Assembly (NCBI GenBank): GCA_950097015.1
Contig: CATNEN010000007.1
Location: 2,356,001 to 2,420,000 of the forward strand
Reading direction: 5' to 3'
Source: Macrostomum hystrix
Lineage: Eukaryota; Animalia; Platyhelminthes
Length of the DNA: 64,000 nt
In this document: one piece after another, positions 59,801 to 64,000 of the stretch
How the letters are laid out: each line of letters opens with the position of its first letter
Position numbering within the stretch: position 1 is the stretch's first letter
Position numbers and translations under genes: made by a program
The notes under the pieces: model-generated
The model's input: only the letters and a program-made list of their open reading frames with translations
What the model was told of the DNA's origin: nothing
Database searches by the model: none

Positions 59801-61774
59801 GGCAGATCGAAACTTTCTGTATGACGCAACTCGATACCTTCGCATTTTTTGTTTTTTGTTACATTTTTCTCTTCGGTCACTTCCAGCTCAACCTCAGCCC
59901 ACAATGTCCACAGCCTCAACCTCTGTCCCTAATGTACGCAGGCTCAACCTCTGTCCCTGATCTACGCACACTCAATCTCTCAATAACCCAAATTTCACAT
60001 GCACAGAGTTCCCATCCCCAGCTTCGCCAAGGTGCACATCCTGGGCCTGAGACCTCACACCAGCTATGAGTTCTACGTCTCAGCCGTGGCTAGCAACGGT
60101 CACCAGCTCCAGAGCGAGCATCGATTCGCAGCCACGGGTGGAGTCTCAGACGATGCTATTGAAGAGGCCGACGAAGGCAGCGATGATAGAATCATGCCCA
60201 CGCCAAGGCCGCCAGCGGCGCCCAGTTCGCTGACGCTGGAACTTCACAGCAGCGCGGACGCTGAAGTCTGGCTCAGCTGGAAGGCGTCGGGCGAGATCAG
60301 TCGAACTGATGGCGGCAACAATTCAGCAGGCCGCGTGCAGTACTACACTGTGCAGTATGCCAGCGGTAGGAAACCATTGTTGACTCTTCTGAGTTGTTTC
60401 ACCAGAGAAACAGGGCAGCATTTTCTATTCTATTTTTTAACATCTCCAAACCAGAATCGCCGGGTCCAGAAAAATGGCGCGACCTGGAGCTGGCTACGCC
60501 CACCTCGTCGTCGACCAATCGTCATCGTCTGCTGTCTCTGGGCAGTCGTCGACTGAGTCGTCTAAGCGCAGCCGGTGGAGGCCGCATCCGTCTTCGCCTG
60601 CTGGCCTGTAACTGGCTGGCCTGCAGCACGTCCAGCAACTTTGTGGTGCTGGATCTCGCCAGGCTGCCCTCAGGTGAGCAGTGCGCTTGGTTGCTCGGCG
60701 ACCGTTTAAAATTTCGCAGCCAGTCGGTACATGTGCCGCGGACTCCTCACCCTCGCCATAGTAACGGCAGGTTGGTGCCACTTGGAGACCGATGTGGTCC
60801 CTGAGGTCGCAGCCACCGGTGGAGTCTCTGACGATTCTATTGAAGAAGCCGACGAAGGCAGCGACGATAGGGGAATCCATACTCAGATCCGCGACGAGGC
60901 CACATTTATTTGGGGCGCAGCCGCGGGGAGAAGGTTCGAAAGCTTTCGATTTATGCCTACGAGGGCCAAATCCAAATGAAAAGTGAGAGTGTACACTTCC
61001 TGACAATGATAATGTTAGTGAGTGTGTGCCTGCATGAGGTACTACGTGTTCGCGTGTGCTCAGGGAGCATAGAGATGAGCAGAATTGCATCTCGCTGGCT
61101 GCGGATCGACTGTGGTCGAATTGATGCGTCCAGTGCCCAAAGCCTCCTGCAATTTTATTTCTATTGCTATGTTCTGAATCCATTCCACCGCAGCTGGCGG
61201 AGGCTCTGCGGCCAGCAGCTTCTCCGCTGACGGAGTCGTCGTCATCTGGCTGTCCCTTGCCATCGCTGCCGCCATCGCCGTCGGCGTCGGCGCGGTTGCC
61301 TGCGCGATTTTCGGTGCTGTCGCCGCTTGGAGACGCAAGCGCCGTCGCCGTCGCCTCGGCTGCAGTCGAGACATTGTGGGCGGCCAACACAGCTGCGCCG
61401 TGCCAGATGGAGACGATGATATAGACCCAAATCAGGACGATGCTGCTGTTGAAGAAGATGAGAAAGGCAATCGTTATCAGCAGCGATTGCTGAAACAGCA
61501 GCAGCAGCAGTGTCGACAACTACAGCGGCTGCATCGACGGCTGCGAGGGCGGTTGTTGCTGGCTTCGGGAGAAACTGCCGACTCAGGCTCAGCTGGCACT
61601 GCCGACGAGGAACAACAGGTTGACGGCATGGCGGTGAGCGATTTACCTATAATGCTACTGACGACCGCTCACGAGTAGAATAGTAAGGGCATGAACACTC
61701 AAACCTGACTCTTGCTGTTTTTCAGATCAGGTTGGCCGACGAGGCTTCGATCTGTCTCACCAGCTTTGACCATC
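53872..61774 (+). CDS. IGSF9: Turtle/IGSF9-like adhesion receptor: signal peptide, 5 Ig, 2 FN3, TM; probably continues past the window
   Basis: Phase-compatible exons 53872-54343, 57576-57848, 58088-58663, 59299-59794, 60007-60365, 60455-60673, 61194-61633 and 61726-61774 (last donor GTGAGT). Ig motifs DQGIYEC, QAGLYEC, DIGWYSC, HAGIWKC and DSGRYQC; FN3 motifs LTWNPGFD and LRPHTSYEFYV; TM segment followed by RRKRRRRR. If the 61633 donor is unused, the frame stops at 61678. Confidence 0.82.
54363..55322. repeat. Highly homogeneous 16-bp minisatellite (ACTGAATGACTGAGAC), about 60 copies, in Turtle intron 1
   Basis: Direct repetition starting 20 bp after the donor. Confidence 0.98.
56676..56836. 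repeat. 22-bp G-rich minisatellite (GGGGATCTGYGGGGAATGCTGA)
   Basis: Direct repetition, about 7 units. Confidence 0.9.
57071..57443 (+). mobile_element. tRNA-derived SINE, full-length copy
   Basis: Complete head, body and (ATT)n tail. Confidence 0.88.
58829..59032 (+). mobile_element. tRNA-derived SINE, 5' half
   Basis: GAGTGGCAGAGCGGTTAACGCG...GGGCTCGATTC head plus 5' body, truncated after GAGAAAGTCAG. Confidence 0.85.
59108..59218 (-). mobile_element. tRNA-derived SINE, diverged 3' half in opposite orientation
   Basis: Reverse complement reads GCATTGCCTCCTCGTTGGCTGC...TGTCACCAAATGATGC. Confidence 0.7.
60885..61160 (+). mobile_element. tRNA-derived SINE, diverged 5'-truncated copy
   Basis: GAGGCCACATTTATTTGGGGCGCAGCCGCGG...GAGAGTGTACACTTCCTGACAATG...CCTCCTGCAATT. 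Confidence 0.75.
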
Positions 61775-62299
61775 GTGAGTTTCTCCTGTCGTGAGCTCGT
61801 GTTAATTTAACTCTACACGAGTAGCTTAACAAACTTATTCCCCGTATTTTCCTGATTTCAGAGCACAGCTTGGAAACAAATGATTCATGAAAGAAATTAA
61901 CTGGCTTCAAGACTTCAAGGCGTCGCTACATCGATCTGTAAAATATTTCAAAATGAAAGAAAAAGTTTTGACAAACAAATTGTGTAGCTACTAATTACCA
62001 AGCTGCTCATTTAGTAGTCAGTTGTTAATTTCTCCTGTTAGCCTTGTCAGGATTCAATGCATTCTCAACCTGCAAGTACTTTGTTCTTGCTATGCGGACT
62101 CATATTAGAAGTGATAGTTTTAGATTTGCCTCACATTATAGATTCATTCGACTCACTGAATGATCTATTTTTTAAACTAAATTCACGATATAATAAAATT
62201 TTCAACAAAGTGAATGTTTCGCGTTTAAATTATCCTTTGCTGCTCATTCATAATCACGCTCACACACTAAGCATACTCACACACTCTAAAATTCAAACA

Positions 62300-64000
62300 T
62301 GACACACTCACCCACACGCACACCCATACACACACACACACACCCACACGCACACCCATACACACACACTCATAAACACACACACACACCCATAAACACA
62401 CACACACACACCCACACGCACACCCTTACACACACACTCATAAACACACACACACACCCATAAACACACACACACACCTATAAACACACACACACACACC
62501 CATAAACACACCCACACCCATAAACACACACACACACACACGCACACCCTTACACACACACACCCATAAACACACACACACACCCATAAACACACACACA
62601 CACACCCATAAACACACACACACACACCCATAAACACACACACACACACACCCATAAACACACACACACACACCCATAAACACACACACACACACACTCA
62701 TAAACACACACACACACACCCATTAACACACACACACACACCCATAAACACACACACACACTCATAAACACACACACACACCCATAAACACACACACACA
62801 CCCATAAACACACATACACACACACCCACAAAACACACACACACACACCTATAAACACACACACACACACCCATAAACACACACACACACACCTATAAAC
62901 ACACACACACACACCCATAAACCCACACACACACACCCATAAACACACACACACACACCCATAAACACACACACACACACACCCATAAACACACACACAC
63001 ACACCCATAAACACACACACACACCCATAAACACACACACACACCCATAAACACACACACACACACACCCATAAACACACACACACACCCATAAACACAC
63101 ACACACCCATAAACACACACACACACCCATAAACACACACACACACCCATAAACACACACACACACACCCATAAACACACACACACACCCATAAACACAC
63201 ACACACACACACCCATAAACACACCCACACCCATACACACACACACACACACACACACACCCAAAAACACACACACACCCATACACACACACACACACAC
63301 ACCCATAAACACACACACCCATAAACACACACACACACACATAAACACACCCACACCCATACACACACACACACACCCATAAACACACACACACACACAC
63401 ATAAACACACCCACACCCATACACACACACCCACACCCATAAACACACACACACACCCATAAACACACACACACACACCCATAAACACACACCCACACCC
63501 ATACACACACACACACACCCATAAACACACACACACACCCATAAACACACACACACACCCATAAACACACACACACACCCATAAACACACACACACACAC
63601 ACACATACACACACACACACCCATAAACACACACACACACACACATACACACACACACACCCATAAACACACACACACACACACCCATAAACACACACAC
63701 ACCCATAAACACACACACACCCATAAACACACACACACCCATAAACACACACACACACACACCCATAAACACACACACACACATAAACACACACACACCC
63801 ATACACACACACACACACACACCCATAAACACACACACACCCATAAACACACACACACACACACATAAACACACCCACACCCATACACACACACACACAC
63901 CCATAAACACACACACACACCCATAAACACACCCACACCCATACACACACACACACCCATAAACACACACACACACACACACACATAAACACACCCACAC
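62300..64000. repeat. CA-rich satellite: (CA)n runs interrupted by CCCATAAA; runs off the window end
   Basis: Direct inspection. Confidence 0.98.

Noticed and set aside
62308-64000. Cys/Val-rich ORFs resembling metallothionein or keratin-associated proteins
   Set aside because: Translations of (TG)n satellite.

Overview
Eukaryotic (animal) genomic DNA with GC-rich exons, short GT-AG introns and AT-rich spacers. Almost every large intron carries a different minisatellite, and one tRNA-headed SINE family recurs about ten times. The overall style suggests a free-living flatworm such as Macrostomum, but that is inference only. Gene models I could splice by hand, left to right: an ARMC10/ARMCX-like gene (-, 3' end outside the window), an unknown 211-aa gene (+), a small ORF (-), an LC8-type dynein light chain (-), an intronless GLUT/SLC2A transporter (+), a 1345-aa Toll-like receptor (-), a PLEKHB-like PH protein (-), two atypical C-type-lectin-like genes, asteroid/ASTE1 (-), an NWD-like NACHT-WD40 gene (-), a DAPK-like ANK-ROC-COR-death-domain gene (+), and Turtle/IGSF9 (+, 3' end probably outside the window). 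Mobile DNA also includes a fold-back MITE with a 9-bp TSD and a decayed RTE-type LINE fragment. Most notable observations: (1) the TLR is complete and appears to carry a second, tandem TIR-like domain; (2) the DAPK homologue has no visible kinase domain and lies head-to-head with the NACHT-WD40 gene, whose Walker motifs are degenerate and which has an in-frame TAG; (3) a duplicated piece of a Turtle exon with mostly synonymous changes may be an alternative terminal exon giving a secreted isoform; (4) 18 tandem TGACTCA (AP-1) sites lie just upstream of ASTE1. All family assignments come from motif recognition by eye; no database search was run.
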